A DNA stretch of 61,740 bases, filler included, from Candidatus Woesearchaeota archaeon (GCA_046538795.1; 7 parts of 7 records of this genome joined end to end with filler, not necessarily neighbours in it), one strand, 5' to 3'; positions 37,179 to 48,539 are shown, numbered from the whole stretch's first letter. Notes: generated by a model not told the origin, from the sequence alone. Made by a program: numbers and translations.

Positions 37179-38984
37179 ATGGGTGCAATAATAGCTAATT
37201 TAGGATATCTCAACTGGAAAGAGTTCACTATTAAATTTGTAGCTCCTATAGTGGCAACTTGTGGAATATTTTCAGGAGTTATGTTATACCTCATGAATAC
37301 ATCTGAAATGTTCTCTTTTTTCCCTTCATACCTTCCTTATCTGATAATAGTTCTGGGAATAGGTTTCATATCTCTTTATCCTTATATAATGTTTGAGAAG
37401 AAAAAGATAAACATAAATAATAACATGCATTATTTTATCACATACATAGGAACTCTTTCTACACTTCAGATTACAAGGACAGCTCTTTTCAAAAGGCTTG
37501 CAGAGAAAAAAAGTTTTGGTGAACTTTCCAACGTATCGAAGAAAATACTTTATCTTGCAAAATCCTGGAGCCTGGGTTATGCCCAGACATGCAGAAAACT
37601 TGCGCAGTTTAATCCTTCAAAGATGTTTGCTGATTTTCTCGATCGTTTTGCCGCAATGCTTGATTTTGGACAGGACTTGGATGTTTTTCTTATTGATGAA
37701 CAGAAATCTGTACTTGATGATTTTGAAACTGAGTATAAGAAATCTATGGAAAACATGAAAATGCTTCAGGAGATTTTTATCTCGCTTACTGTTGCTGCAG
37801 GTTTCATGATGTCTGTAGCTCTTCTTCTGCCTCTCATAATGGGGATATCGATTGAGGTTGTTGTAAGATACAGTCTTCTTGCTATAGTCATAGTTGACCT
37901 GTTTCTTTTCTTTCTGATAAAATCGATTATACCTTCTGATTCGTTAATACATAATCTTAATATAAAGAGCCAGGAACATAGGAAAGTTGTCAAGTATTCA
38001 TATTTTGTAATGCCTTTTTCAATCATGCTTACAGGGCTTCTTGTATGGCTTGATCCTCTGCCTTTTCTTGTAAATATAGCAATAGGTCTTACGCCTTTTC
38101 TCATAATAGGATATTTCGGGCAGCAGGAAGAAGAGATGGTGTTTAGAAGAGACAAATCATTTCCTGCATTTGTAAGGAGTTTGGGTTCGATAATCGAGAT
38201 AAAGGAAGGAGCAGTGACTTCTGCGATATCATCTTTGCGGGTGCATGATTTTGGATCTCTTAATGACATGGTAATAAACATATACCGACGATTGAGGCTT
38301 GGATGCGACAAGTTCCAGTCGTGGATTTATTTTGCAGGTGAAAGCGGAAGCAACATGATCTATCAGTTCATACTGATATTTTCAGAATCAATATATCTTG
38401 GAGGTAATGCGGAAAAGATAGGTGAGATCGTAAGCTCCAATTTTCAGAGACTTCTTTCTATGAGGCGTCTCAGATTGCAGCTGGCTGCCGGGCTCCGGGG
38501 TGCTTTTTATGGTTCTTTGGTGGGATTTACTGCTGCAAGCTATATAACAGCAAAGATTGCACAGACTTTATCTCTCATGTTTTCACAGCCTTTTGAACTT
38601 GCCCAGGAAGGTGGAAGCATGTCGGGGGTATTCAGTTCTATTATGCCGCCTGCAGTTCAGGTAGATATGGAAATCGTCATGGTATATATAGGCATAATGG
38701 TCATTATCCATGCAGCAATATCTGCACTGACTGTTAAGATTATCGATGGCGGATCGCCTCATGCAGCTGCTTTTGATTTTGTAATAATGCTTTGGATAGG
38801 TGCAATCATTAGTTGGCTGATACCTGGATTTATAGGAAGCATACTTCCTGATATGTCTTCTAATGCTACTATGGAAGAACTTGCGGGAGAAACTGTTCCT
38901 GCTGTCGCTATGATGATTATACTTCCTGCAAGAATATTTTTCAGGAAAATAAGACGAGATCTGAAAAAACACAGTGGATGCTAA
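37179..38984 (+). CDS. arlJ: Archaellum membrane platform protein ArlJ
   Basis: Multi-TM; FITYIGTLS, FPAFVRSLG and KIIDGG motifs; follows arlI. Confidence 0.92.
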   Translation: MGAIIANLGYLNWKEFTIKFVAPIVATCGIFSGVMLYLMNTSEMFSFFPSYLPYLIIVLGIGFISLYPYIMFEKKKININNNMHYFITYIGTLSTLQITRTALFKRLAEKKSFGELSNVSKKILYLAKSWSLGYAQTCRKLAQFNPSKMFADFLDRFAAMLDFGQDLDVFLIDEQKSVLDDFETEYKKSMENMKMLQEIFISLTVAAGFMMSVALLLPLIMGISIEVVVRYSLLAIVIVDLFLFFLIKSIIPSDSLIHNLNIKSQEHRKVVKYSYFVMPFSIMLTGLLVWLDPLPFLVNIAIGLTPFLIIGYFGQQEEEMVFRRDKSFPAFVRSLGSIIEIKEGAVTSAISSLRVHDFGSLNDMVINIYRRLRLGCDKFQSWIYFAGESGSNMIYQFILIFSESIYLGGNAEKIGEIVSSNFQRLLSMRRLRLQLAAGLRGAFYGSLVGFTAASYITAKIAQTLSLMFSQPFELAQEGGSMSGVFSSIMPPAVQVDMEIVMVYIGIMVIIHAAISALTVKIIDGGSPHAAAFDFVIMLWIGAIISWLIPGFIGSILPDMSSNATMEELAGETVPAVAMMIILPARIFFRKIRRDLKKHSGC

Positions 38985-39585
38985 AATGAATAAAAGGGCT
39001 GAAACCGGCATAGGAACGCTTATCATATTCATAGCTATGCTCATAGTTGCTTCTATCACTGCAAATGTACTTATACAGACAGCAACATCTCTTCAGTCAA
39101 AGGCGCTTTTGACCGGAGAACAGACAAAAGAGGCAATATCAACCTATGCTCAGGTTATGGCAATAACAGCATCAGACGGAAGAGACAATACGCTTGAGGA
39201 TTTTACATACCAGATAAAACTTGCTCCTGGTTCTTCTGACATGAGACTTGATTCAGCTCTTCTTGAATTTTCACTTTCAGATACATCTGTCGATTTGGTA
39301 TATTTTGATGGTGATTGTGAATACAATCAGACGCACGGATATTATACAAATGAGACTGCAAAAAACGGGACTTTTACGCTTGATTATGTGAAAACTGTTT
39401 CTAACCATAAAGATGGATATCTTTTGAGCGGAGAAATAGTCGAACTTTGCTTCAGGGCTCCAGTTTCAGTAGGCGAAGATGAAGATATAGAAATAAGATT
39501 TGTTCCAAGGGTAGGAATTCCTGTTTCAACTGAATTTAGAAGTCCTAATGTTATAACAAGAACCTATGAAAGACTGTTTCCTTAG
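38974..39585 (+). CDS. arlB: Archaellin
   Basis: MNKRA|ETGIGTLIIFIAMLIVASITANVLIQTA, IKLAPGS and FVPRVG motifs. Confidence 0.92.
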   Translation: MDAKMNKRAETGIGTLIIFIAMLIVASITANVLIQTATSLQSKALLTGEQTKEAISTYAQVMAITASDGRDNTLEDFTYQIKLAPGSSDMRLDSALLEFSLSDTSVDLVYFDGDCEYNQTHGYYTNETAKNGTFTLDYVKTVSNHKDGYLLSGEIVELCFRAPVSVGEDEDIEIRFVPRVGIPVSTEFRSPNVITRTYERLFP

Positions 39586-39687
39586 TTTTTGAAATTATGA
39601 TGGAACAAAAAATAACACTATGCAGCTACTTTGAACACAGTAAAAAAATGCAAATATTTTTAAATAAGTCCAATTTCTTTTCGGGTC

Positions 39688-39951
39688 ATGGAAGGAACAA
39701 TCGTTAATTTCAGACGTGGAAGACATAATCAGACAGAGAATCAGGTAATCGTTTCTATAGATGGCGTAAATTCTAAAGATGATGCTGAAAAGCTTGTCGG
39801 AAAGACTACAAAATTTGTAACGTCAGGTAACGAGAAGAAAGAAATATCAGGAAAAGTCGCGTCAGCTCATGGAAATAAGGGTGCTGTAAGGGTTCTTTTT
39901 GAAAGAGGACTTCCTGGCCAAGCTATAGGAACAAAGATTGTTTTTGCATAA
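39688..39951 (+). CDS. rpl35ae: 50S ribosomal protein L35Ae
   Basis: NFRRGRH...GKVASAHGNKGAVRVLFERGLPGQAIG. Confidence 0.95.
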   Translation: MEGTIVNFRRGRHNQTENQVIVSIDGVNSKDDAEKLVGKTTKFVTSGNEKKEISGKVASAHGNKGAVRVLFERGLPGQAIGTKIVFA

Positions 39952-40086
39952 ATTTCTTGATTTTTATACTATTTTCTAATAATTCATGTTCAATTATCCT
40001 GTTTTTTCTTTGAGAAACCTTTATATATGAGTTTTTCTAAAATTACTTTATTCACAGTTTTTATTTTCCACAAAGAGGTGATTTCA

Positions 40087-40746
40087 TTGGCAAAAAAAGG
40101 ATCTTTAAACCTGTCCATTAACGCTATTGTCGTTCTAATCATGGCTATAACTATGCTTGGGCTGGGTCTTGCATTTATCAGCGGTACATTTGGAGGAGCT
40201 ACCGGCAAGCTTAATAAGCTTATGGCTGGTCTAAGCGATAATGAAAAAGCAGAATTAGAGGCATCTGCTGACAGAATCACGATGGCTGCTTCAACCCTTG
40301 AAGTTCAGAAAGGAAAATCAGAGGATTTTTTCTATGCAATAAGAAATGATGAAAATGGTGATCTTGCTGTTGCAGCAATTGAGGTCAAATGTGACAGAAG
40401 TCTTGAAGGACCAGTAGGAACAGGAGATATTTCTTTCAGCACATTTGTTCCAAATATTCTTCCACCTGCAGACTCTCAGGTTCTGCCTTTGCAGATAAAG
40501 CCAAGTTCAGGTGCAAAAACCACCAATTATGGATGTTATATAAAGGTTTATACTGACAATGTTGATGAAGATACAGAGCCTGATAAACAGGTTGCTGTAA
40601 GTGACATAGACTCTTCAGGACATTATCAGGATATGGTTATGGGTTATGATGGTACAGGAATCATGTATAATGATATTGCCAATTCAGCAGAAGTATTATA
40701 TCTTGAAGAATATGCAGAACTCAGATTTGATCTGATTGTCAAATAA
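40087..40746 (+). CDS. Pilin-like protein with class III signal peptide
   Basis: GAGGTGA RBS then TTG; AKKG|SLNLSINAIVVLIMAITMLGLGLAFI. Confidence 0.7.
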   Translation: MAKKGSLNLSINAIVVLIMAITMLGLGLAFISGTFGGATGKLNKLMAGLSDNEKAELEASADRITMAASTLEVQKGKSEDFFYAIRNDENGDLAVAAIEVKCDRSLEGPVGTGDISFSTFVPNILPPADSQVLPLQIKPSSGAKTTNYGCYIKVYTDNVDEDTEPDKQVAVSDIDSSGHYQDMVMGYDGTGIMYNDIANSAEVLYLEEYAELRFDLIVK

Positions 40747-40756
40747 GGTGATTTTC

Positions 40757-41008
40757 ATGGCTAAAAAAACTGTTAAAGGAAAAGGAAAAAGACAACTTTC
40801 ACAGGATCAGGAATTTGCTATCATGAAAATGGTCCTTGACAAATTTTTGTGGCTTGGGCTTGTTGTTATGGTATTTGGATTTTACAATATTTCAAAGAAC
40901 AGCCACATAAGTTCATGGGTTTCAGGCGTTACATATATGGTAATCGGTGCAGTAATACTTGGACTGTTTGGTATGATACTTGTAAAAGAATATGAATTTC
41001 TTCACTAG
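40757..41008 (+). CDS. Small two-TM membrane protein
   Basis: AGGTGA RBS; QEFAIMKMVLDKFLW...KEYEF. Confidence 0.65.
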   Translation: MAKKTVKGKGKRQLSQDQEFAIMKMVLDKFLWLGLVVMVFGFYNISKNSHISSWVSGVTYMVIGAVILGLFGMILVKEYEFLH

Positions 41009-41046
41009 ATTTTTATTTTCTTTTTACTTATTTTTATGGTGCTAAA

Positions 41047-41691
41047 ATGAACAAAAGGGCAAGTCTTGAATTAAGTGTGAACTTTCTCGTAATGCTTATC
41101 ATATCCATAGTTGTATTTGGTTTTGGCATATATTTTCTTACACAGACAGGCGCAGGTTTAAGCAAGGCATCTGAAGAGATTTCCCGCGAGGCAGAAACAC
41201 AGATAGAGGCACTTTTGGATTCAGGTGAGCAAATAATCATATATCCTGAAGAGCTTGAAATAAAGAAAGGCCAGACTGATGTTTTTGGTGTTGGTATATT
41301 AAATACAGTAAGGATGTCTAAAACAGAATTTATCATAGGAGTTTGGCCAAATGCATACATAAATCTTCGCGGAGAAACATTTGATTGCACTCAAGGAGAA
41401 TGCCCTGCTGTACTTGAGGAATGGACATATGGCACTGATTTTCCTGTCGAGACACTAGAGCCTAATGAGAATGTAAAGATAAATGTTCCTGTGCAGGTTA
41501 AAGGAGATATAAGCCCTGGTGTTTACATATTTGATGTATTGATATGCCAGAAGCGTCCTGAAGGAAATTTTCCTACTATTTCTGATGATAATGGTAATGA
41601 AAATTATCTTTGTTCAAGGGAGACAAGACTTGATCATGAAATAGAGTATCCAAGCCAGGGTTTCTTAAAGTTTCGTGTTGTTGTTCCTTAG
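41047..41691 (+). CDS. Pilin-like protein with class III signal peptide
   Basis: MNKRA|SLELSVNFLVMLIISIVVFGFG; similar layout to the 40087 ORF. Confidence 0.7.
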   Translation: MNKRASLELSVNFLVMLIISIVVFGFGIYFLTQTGAGLSKASEEISREAETQIEALLDSGEQIIIYPEELEIKKGQTDVFGVGILNTVRMSKTEFIIGVWPNAYINLRGETFDCTQGECPAVLEEWTYGTDFPVETLEPNENVKINVPVQVKGDISPGVYIFDVLICQKRPEGNFPTISDDNGNENYLCSRETRLDHEIEYPSQGFLKFRVVVP

Positions 41692-42035
41692 AACGAAATC
41701 TTATTTCCTATTTCAGTCTCTGAATAATCAATAGAATAAGCAGGAAGCTCTATTACATATTTTGCTTTTTTCTTTGGTATTATAAGAGGTGTGAAAGGTA
41801 TTGCATTTGTCCTTAGATCGACCACATTCTTTTTTTCATCAAGCCAAAGAATATCTATTGGATAGAAAACAAAGAACATGTGGAGGCTTGCTTCCATTGT
41901 TTTAGGAAATGTGAATATCAATCCTTCATCGATCCTGGGAAGAGTAAACATAAGCCCCATCATGCGTTTAAAAAAAGTGTCTGCATATCTTTTTCCATTT
42001 GCAATTTTCTTTTTTGTCGTTAGGTTCTTTATCAT
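41688..42035 (-). CDS. DUF192 family protein
   Basis: RMMGLMF, HMFFVFYPIDILWLD and AKYVIELP motifs. Confidence 0.85.
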   Translation of the reverse strand: MIKNLTTKKKIANGKRYADTFFKRMMGLMFTLPRIDEGLIFTFPKTMEASLHMFFVFYPIDILWLDEKKNVVDLRTNAIPFTPLIIPKKKAKYVIELPAYSIDYSETEIGNKISF

Positions 42036-42123
42036 TTGTGATTATTTTTGTTGACTGGGTTAATTAATTTTTTGGATTCGTTTCTGAAAATATTTATATA
42101 TAATACTGTATTTTTCATAATTT

Positions 42124-43401
42124 ATGATTGACATAAAACTTCTCAGAGAAAAACCTGACATGTTCAAACAGAACATGGAAAAAAAATTTAGGGATCCGAA
42201 GATTATTGACACTGTGTTGAAATACGACAAAGAGATTAGGGACATAATGCAGGAATCCCAAAAATTAAGGCACAGGAGAAATGAAGTCAGCCAAGGTATT
42301 GCTAAAGCAAAAAAGGCAAAGGATGAAACAACAGCAAAAAAACTTATGAAGGAAGCAAAAAATATTCCTGACAAGATAAAATCAATGGAAGAATCACTTG
42401 AAAAGACAAAATTAAAGCTTGACAAACTTATACTTCAGATACCAAATCTTATGCATGAATCAGTACCTGTAGGGAAAGATGATACTGAAAATGTTGAGAT
42501 AAGAAGATGGGGCGAGCCGAGAAAATTTGATTTTCCTGTGAAAAATCATGTTGAGCTTTTAGAATATCTTGGTGTTGTTGATTTTGATACTTCATCAAAG
42601 ACTTCAGGAAATGGTTTCTACTATCTGAAAGGTGATCTTGCAAGACTCAACCAGGCGCTAATACAATATGCTATTGATTTCATGACAAGACGAAATTACA
42701 CTTATGTTGAGCCTCCGCTCATGCTTCACAAAGAAGTTTTAGATGCTGCTATGGATACTGAGAGTTTCAAGGACTCTATATATTCAGTAAAGGATGAGGA
42801 CCTTCATTTGATAGGAACAAGCGAGCATGCTCTTCTTGGCCTTCATACCAAAGAAGCAATTCCTGAAAATGATCTTCCGAAAAAGTATTTTTCTTATTCA
42901 ATGTGCTTTAGAAAGGAGATTGGAAGCCATGGAATAAATGAGAAAGGGCTTTGGAGGACTCATCAATTTAACAAAGTCGAGCAGTTCATATTCTGCAAGC
43001 CTGAGGAATCATATGATTTTTATGATGAGCTTTTGAAAAATTCTGAAGAGCTTTTCCAGGGGTTGGGACTTCCTTACAGGGTCATTGAATGCTGTTCAGG
43101 AGATCTTGCTACATGGAAAGCAAAGTCATGCGACATGGAAGTGTACAGGCCTACTACTGAAGATTATGGAGAAATTACTTCTCTTACCAACTGTACTGAT
43201 TTCCAGGCAAGAGGGCTTGGCATAAGGGTTGTCTATAATGACGGGAACAGGACTGTACTTCATACCCTGAACAATACTGCTATTGCAACATCAAGGGCCA
43301 TGGTTGCGATAATTGAGAATTATCAGAACAAGGATGGTTCTATTGATGTGCCTAAGGCTCTAGTGAACTATATGGGTAAAAGCAAAATTGAAAAACAGTA
43401 G
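42124..43401 (+). CDS. serS: Seryl-tRNA synthetase
   Basis: MIDIKLLRE, LIGTSE, CFRKE...RTHQFNKVE, NCTDFQAR and HTLNNTA motifs. Confidence 0.97.
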   Translation: MIDIKLLREKPDMFKQNMEKKFRDPKIIDTVLKYDKEIRDIMQESQKLRHRRNEVSQGIAKAKKAKDETTAKKLMKEAKNIPDKIKSMEESLEKTKLKLDKLILQIPNLMHESVPVGKDDTENVEIRRWGEPRKFDFPVKNHVELLEYLGVVDFDTSSKTSGNGFYYLKGDLARLNQALIQYAIDFMTRRNYTYVEPPLMLHKEVLDAAMDTESFKDSIYSVKDEDLHLIGTSEHALLGLHTKEAIPENDLPKKYFSYSMCFRKEIGSHGINEKGLWRTHQFNKVEQFIFCKPEESYDFYDELLKNSEELFQGLGLPYRVIECCSGDLATWKAKSCDMEVYRPTTEDYGEITSLTNCTDFQARGLGIRVVYNDGNRTVLHTLNNTAIATSRAMVAIIENYQNKDGSIDVPKALVNYMGKSKIEKQ

Positions 43402-43464
43402 ATATTTTTTCTTTTTTCTTTTAGATTGAAAAGATATAAATACTATCATCTATAGAAAATTAGC

Positions 43465-43830
43465 ATGGATGATATACCAGTTCAAAAGAGCGAGATTCCC
43501 GGATGGGTTTTTCTTATTGTAGGTTTGTTGGTTACAGTTGTTTCTTCTATAATGAATGCAGTAAATGAAGGAAATCCGATGCTTATTTTCATAATTGCAG
43601 GTATTGTGATGCTTGGCTGGGGAGGGGCAAAATATCTTTTATTCGGACAAGAGGGAAAGGCAGGTAAAGATATAACTCAGGAGATTTTTCAGGAAAGAGG
43701 AGAGAAGACAGGATTCAATAGACAAAAAAATCAGAATCCAGATGTCAAAAATTGCCCGAGATGCAGATATGCTCTTAACAAAACAGATAACTTCTGTTAT
43801 AACTGCGGAACAGATGTAAGAAATATTTGA
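43465..43830 (+). CDS. Membrane protein with C-terminal zinc ribbon
   Basis: Two TM segments; CPRC...FCYNCG. Confidence 0.75.
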   Translation: MDDIPVQKSEIPGWVFLIVGLLVTVVSSIMNAVNEGNPMLIFIIAGIVMLGWGGAKYLLFGQEGKAGKDITQEIFQERGEKTGFNRQKNQNPDVKNCPRCRYALNKTDNFCYNCGTDVRNI

Positions 43831-43872
43831 TTAAATGAAACATTTTTAAATTATTTACATAATTTCTTTTTT

Positions 43873-44940
43873 ATGGACGATTGCTGTAGTGTTGACACAA
43901 AGAAGATATCACATGATCAATCAAGCCATAGTTGCTGTCACACTAAACCAAAACCATGGTACAAACAAAGGATTTTTCTTGTTATCATAATAACTATAGC
44001 ACTTCTTGTCTCATCTTATTTCATACCTTTTCTTAATCCATTTTATGATGCTTTTATTGAATATACTGAGATGATCTGGTGGGCGATACTTCTAGGTCTT
44101 TTTATTGGAGGAATAATTGATGCATTGATTCCTCAGGAATATGTGACAAAATTTCTTTCAAGGAAAAAGAAACGTACAATACTATTTGCAACTGTTTTTG
44201 GTTTTCTTATGTCAGCCTGCTCTCATGGAATACTTGCAATAGCTATTGCACTTCATAAGAAGGGTGCATCTATTCCTGCTGTAATTGCTTTTCTATTGGC
44301 AGCACCCTGGGCAAATCTTACTGTAACAATACTCTTGTTTGGCTTTTTTGGAATAAAAGCATTGTTTTTCATATTGTCTGCGATTGTTGTTGCAATTATT
44401 ACAGGTCTTATCTTTCAGGTGCTTGAAAAAAAAGGACTTATTGAGAAAAGCAAAGAGATCAAGGTTGATGAGCATTTCTCTATAAGAAAAGATCTCAAGA
44501 AACGATTTGCAGAACGAAAAAACAAGAATTTTTCAAAGACATTCAATGAGATCATGAAAAGCACATGGAGTTTGACAAAGATGGTCCTTTGGTGGATGCT
44601 TATTGGAATGGTTATTGCTTCTGCTGCAAGAGCATTTGTACCGATGAACATATTTGACAGGTTCTTTGGTCCTACTATTTTGGGAATAGTAATAACGCTT
44701 ATCGCTGCAACTATAATCGAGGTATGTTCAGAAGGATCAGCTCCCATGGCTTTTGAGATATTCAGGCAGACTGGAGCATTTGGTAATTCTTTTGTGTTTT
44801 TGATGGCAGGTGTCGCTACTGATTATACTGAAATTGGATTGTTATGGAGCAACATAGGGAAGAAGACAGCCACTTGGCTTCCTATTATAACAGTACCTCA
44901 GATAATCATCCTAGGGTTTGTTTTTAACGCACTTTTGTAA
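43873..44940 (+). CDS. Permease (ArsP/DUF318 family) with Cys/His-rich N-terminus
   Basis: Repeated ACSHG / VCSEGSAP and FLLAAP / FLMAG motifs. Confidence 0.8.
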   Translation: MDDCCSVDTKKISHDQSSHSCCHTKPKPWYKQRIFLVIIITIALLVSSYFIPFLNPFYDAFIEYTEMIWWAILLGLFIGGIIDALIPQEYVTKFLSRKKKRTILFATVFGFLMSACSHGILAIAIALHKKGASIPAVIAFLLAAPWANLTVTILLFGFFGIKALFFILSAIVVAIITGLIFQVLEKKGLIEKSKEIKVDEHFSIRKDLKKRFAERKNKNFSKTFNEIMKSTWSLTKMVLWWMLIGMVIASAARAFVPMNIFDRFFGPTILGIVITLIAATIIEVCSEGSAPMAFEIFRQTGAFGNSFVFLMAGVATDYTEIGLLWSNIGKKTATWLPIITVPQIIILGFVFNALL

Positions 44941-45096
44941 AAATTTTCTGATTTTGTTTTTTAAAACAAAACTCTTATAAATAATCTATATTTTGCCCAG
45001 TATAAGATAAAGAAGACTACGTGGAAAATATAATGGAATTCTTAATTTACATTCATAATCTATCAAGAAAAAAACAAAATGGAGGACGGATATAAA

Positions 45097-47721
45097 ATGT
45101 CTGAACAGAAGTTTGTATATTATTTTGGAGAAGGCGGAAAAGAATTAAAATGGCTTCTCGGCGGAAAGGGCGCAAATCTTTCTGAAATGAAAAAAAGCGG
45201 TGTTCCTGTACCACCAGGATTTACCATAACAACAGAAGTATGCGACTTATTTTACAAGAATGGCAGAAAATACCCTGCTGGCGCAAAAGAGCAGGTTGAA
45301 GCTAATCTTGAAAGGCTTGAAAAAGAGATGGGTAAAAATCTTGGCGATGCTGAGGATCCTCTTTTGGTCTCTGTAAGATCAGGAGCAGCTCAGTCTATGC
45401 CAGGAATGATGGATACAGTACTTAATCTTGGTCTTAATGACGAATCAGTTGAAGGTCTTTCTAAAAAGACAGGTAACGAGAGATTCGCATGGGACGCTTA
45501 CAGGAGATTCATATCCATGTTTGGTAACGTTGTAATGGGAATCAAAGGCGATAAGTTTACAACAGCTCTTGACAAGTTTAAGGATGAAAAAAATGTTGAT
45601 AATGATACTGAGCTTACTGCAGATGACTGGAAGGAATATGTCGAAGTCCTGAAAAAGCTTGTTGTAGATGCTAAAGGAGAATCATTTCCTCAGGATCCGA
45701 AAAAACAGCTTTGGATGGCAATTGATGCAGTTTTTGGATCATGGAACAATGAAAGAGCAATAATTTACAGAAGACTTAACAATATTTCAAAGCTTCTTGG
45801 TACGGCTGTAAACGTTCAGTCTATGGTCTTTGGTAACATGGGAGAAACATCAGGAACTGGTGTTGCATTCTCAAGAAATCCAAGCACAGGAGAGAAAAAG
45901 CTTTACGGTGAGTTTTTAGTAAACGCTCAGGGAGAAGATGTTGTTGCAGGTATCAGAACTCCTCAGCCTATCGCTGAACTTGAAGATACCATGCCTGATG
46001 TTTACAAGAAATTTGTAGATATTGTAGATCATCTTGAAGAGCATTACAAGGATATGCAGGATATGGAGTTTACTATCCAGGAAGGTAATCTTTTTTTCCT
46101 TCAGACAAGAAACGGAAAGAGAACAGCTCATGCTGCTGTGAAAATTGCAGTTGACATGTATGATGCAGGAATTATCTCAAAAGAAGAGGCAGTATTGAGA
46201 GTTGATCCAAACTCACTTGATCAGCTTCTTCACAAGACATTTGATCCTGTTGCAATCCAGAAGTCACAAGCAGTTGCAAAAGGTCTTCCTGCATCACCAG
46301 GTGCAGCAGTTGGTGAAGCTGTCTTTGATTCAGATAAGGCAGATGAACTAAACAAGGAAGGCAAGAAAGTTATTCTTGTAAGACTTGAAACTTCTCCTGA
46401 AGATATTATCGGAATGCATGCAGCACAGGGAATCTTAACTGCAAGAGGCGGTATGACTTCTCACGCAGCTGTTGTTGCTAGAGGAATGGGCAAGTGCTGT
46501 GTTTCAGGTTGTTCTGAAGTTAAGATCAATGAAGAAGAGGCATACTTTGAAGTTGCTGGTCAGAAAGTGAAAGAAGGAGACTTTATCTCACTTGATGGTT
46601 CAACAGGAAATGTCTACATAGGTTCACTGGCAACAATTGATCCTGAACTTAGCGGAGATTTCGCAAAGATCATGGAATGGGCTGATGATGCAAGAAAGCT
46701 TGGTGTGAGAACAAACGCAGATACTCCAAAAGATGCAAAGGTTGCAGTTAAGTTCGGAGCAGAAGGAATTGGTCTTTGCAGGACAGAGCACATGTTCTTT
46801 GATGAGAAGAGAATCGGCGCTGTAAGAGAGATGATTCTTTCAGAGAACAAGGTTGGGCGTGAAAAGGCACTTGAAAAGCTTCTTCCGTTCCAGAGAGAAG
46901 ATTTTGAAGGACTTTTTGAAGCTATGGAAGGAAAACCTGTAACAATAAGGCTTCTTGATCCGCCTCTGCACGAGTTCCTCCCTCAGGATGAAGATCAGAT
47001 CGAAGAACTTGCAGCATCAATGGGCGTTACTGTTGATAAGCTTAAGTCTAAGATCGACTCCTTGCATGAAGTAAACCCTATGCTTGGTCACAGGGGATGC
47101 AGGCTTGGTATAACATATCCTGAGATAACTGAGATGCAGACAAGAGCTATAATTGAAGCTGCAATGGAAAAGGAAGCAATACCAGAGATCATGATACCTC
47201 TTGTAGGTTTTGTCGATGAGCTTAGGTACCTGAAAGAGGTTGTTGAAAAAACAATCAAGAAGGTATTTGATGAGAAAGGCAAAGAGATCAAGTATAAAAT
47301 AGGAACAATGATCGAGGTTCCAAGAGGAGCCCTTACAGCTGACGAAGTTGCGCAGGAAGCAGAATTCTTCAGTTTCGGTACAAATGATCTTACACAGATG
47401 ACTTTGGGATTCTCAAGAGACGATGTAGGAAAATTTGTTCCTGAATATGTTGAAAAGGGAATCTTAGAAAGAGATCCTTTCGCTTATCTTGATACAACTG
47501 GTGTAGGCCAGCTTGTTGAGATGGCAGTTGAGAAAGGAAGATCTGTAAAAGAAAACCTAAAATGCGGAATCTGCGGAGAGCACGGCGGAGAGCCAAGTTC
47601 AGTTGAGTTTTGCCATAAGGTCGGACTTAATTATGTAAGCTGCTCACCATTCAGAGTGCCAATCGCAAGGCTTGCAGCAGCACACGCAGCTCTTAAAGAA
47701 AAACAGGAGAAGAAAGAATAA
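45097..47721 (+). CDS. ppdK: Pyruvate, phosphate dikinase
   Basis: [44 protein letters not shown] and GICGEHGG motifs. Confidence 0.98.
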   Translation: MSEQKFVYYFGEGGKELKWLLGGKGANLSEMKKSGVPVPPGFTITTEVCDLFYKNGRKYPAGAKEQVEANLERLEKEMGKNLGDAEDPLLVSVRSGAAQSMPGMMDTVLNLGLNDESVEGLSKKTGNERFAWDAYRRFISMFGNVVMGIKGDKFTTALDKFKDEKNVDNDTELTADDWKEYVEVLKKLVVDAKGESFPQDPKKQLWMAIDAVFGSWNNERAIIYRRLNNISKLLGTAVNVQSMVFGNMGETSGTGVAFSRNPSTGEKKLYGEFLVNAQGEDVVAGIRTPQPIAELEDTMPDVYKKFVDIVDHLEEHYKDMQDMEFTIQEGNLFFLQTRNGKRTAHAAVKIAVDMYDAGIISKEEAVLRVDPNSLDQLLHKTFDPVAIQKSQAVAKGLPASPGAAVGEAVFDSDKADELNKEGKKVILVRLETSPEDIIGMHAAQGILTARGGMTSHAAVVARGMGKCCVSGCSEVKINEEEAYFEVAGQKVKEGDFISLDGSTGNVYIGSLATIDPELSGDFAKIMEWADDARKLGVRTNADTPKDAKVAVKFGAEGIGLCRTEHMFFDEKRIGAVREMILSENKVGREKALEKLLPFQREDFEGLFEAMEGKPVTIRLLDPPLHEFLPQDEDQIEELAASMGVTVDKLKSKIDSLHEVNPMLGHRGCRLGITYPEITEMQTRAIIEAAMEKEAIPEIMIPLVGFVDELRYLKEVVEKTIKKVFDEKGKEIKYKIGTMIEVPRGALTADEVAQEAEFFSFGTNDLTQMTLGFSRDDVGKFVPEYVEKGILERDPFAYLDTTGVGQLVEMAVEKGRSVKENLKCGICGEHGGEPSSVEFCHKVGLNYVSCSPFRVPIARLAAAHAALKEKQEKKE

Positions 47722-47765
47722 GTCTTTCTTTGACTTTTTTATTTTTTTAATTCTTAATTCTTTTT
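47710..47765 (+). terminator. Hairpin plus T-tract after ppdK
   Basis: AAGAAAGA-ATAAG-TCTTTCTT followed by T-runs. Confidence 0.45.
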
Positions 47766-47795
47766 ATGGTTAATTATTTAATGCCTAGTTCTGAG

Positions 47796-47830
47796 AATTC
47801 CTGTCCACACTTTAGTGTGGAGATGAACAG
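47796..47830. mobile_element. Possible IS200/IS605-family end hairpin at contig edge
   Basis: TCCACAC-TTTA-GTGTGGA hairpin followed by GATG, resembling IS605-type subterminal palindromes; contig breaks here. Confidence 0.4.
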
Positions 47831-48024
47831 NNNNNNNNNNNNNNNNNNNNNNNNNNNNNNNNNNNNNNNNNNNNTTAATTAATTAANNNNNNNNNNNNNN
47901 NNNNNNNNNNNNNNNNNNNNNNNNNNNNNNGAAGGAGAGATTGAAGAGATTGCAGATAGTATAAGGAAAAACATGGCTTAATCTAAACGTTAATAATTTA
48001 TAGAAGAAGTTTCAAAAGAATATT

Positions 48025-48531
48025 GTGGCAGGTAAAAAAAGCGATACAAAAAAGAAAAAACCAACTCCTAAATCCAAGTCAAAAGGACTTAAGGAGATTA
48101 GATGGGACAAGAAGCATTTCTACAGGGTGAAGCTTCCATTATTCTCAAATAATCCTGAAAAGATTCTTGAAAGAGTGAATGACGCAATTTCTGAGATCAG
48201 GCGAAAAGGGTATGATTTTGATGAAAAAAAGCATATTATCCTCCACGAAAACGATAAGATATTCAGAAGAGGCGACATACTTATAGAAATCGGAGAACAA
48301 AAAAAAAGAGATCACAACATAAAGACCTTTGAAAAAAAGGATCTTTTTTCTAAATCTCACATAGGACACACCAGAAACATCCATGAATCAGTATCAGAAA
48401 TAAGCATGCATGTCGATAAAAGCAAAAAAAAGATAAAAAGCATCTATTACTGGTATGTATCTCACCCAAAAAGACCAAAATCACCAAATGATTATAAGAC
48501 AGTCATATTTGCAGAAATAAGGGAACGTTAA
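48025..48531 (+). CDS. Hypothetical protein (GyrI-like/'hydrolase' family resemblance)
   Basis: WDKKHF...LF and YYWYVS.PK...KTVIFA patterns; Lys-rich N-terminus. Confidence 0.5.
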   Translation: MAGKKSDTKKKKPTPKSKSKGLKEIRWDKKHFYRVKLPLFSNNPEKILERVNDAISEIRRKGYDFDEKKHIILHENDKIFRRGDILIEIGEQKKRDHNIKTFEKKDLFSKSHIGHTRNIHESVSEISMHVDKSKKKIKSIYYWYVSHPKRPKSPNDYKTVIFAEIRER

Positions 48532-48539
48532 TTTCTTAT

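Noticed and set aside
45097..47721. Somewhat higher GC and biased codons in ppdK as a sign of foreign DNA
   Set aside because: More simply explained by high expression of a conserved enzyme; no mobility signals flank its 5' side.
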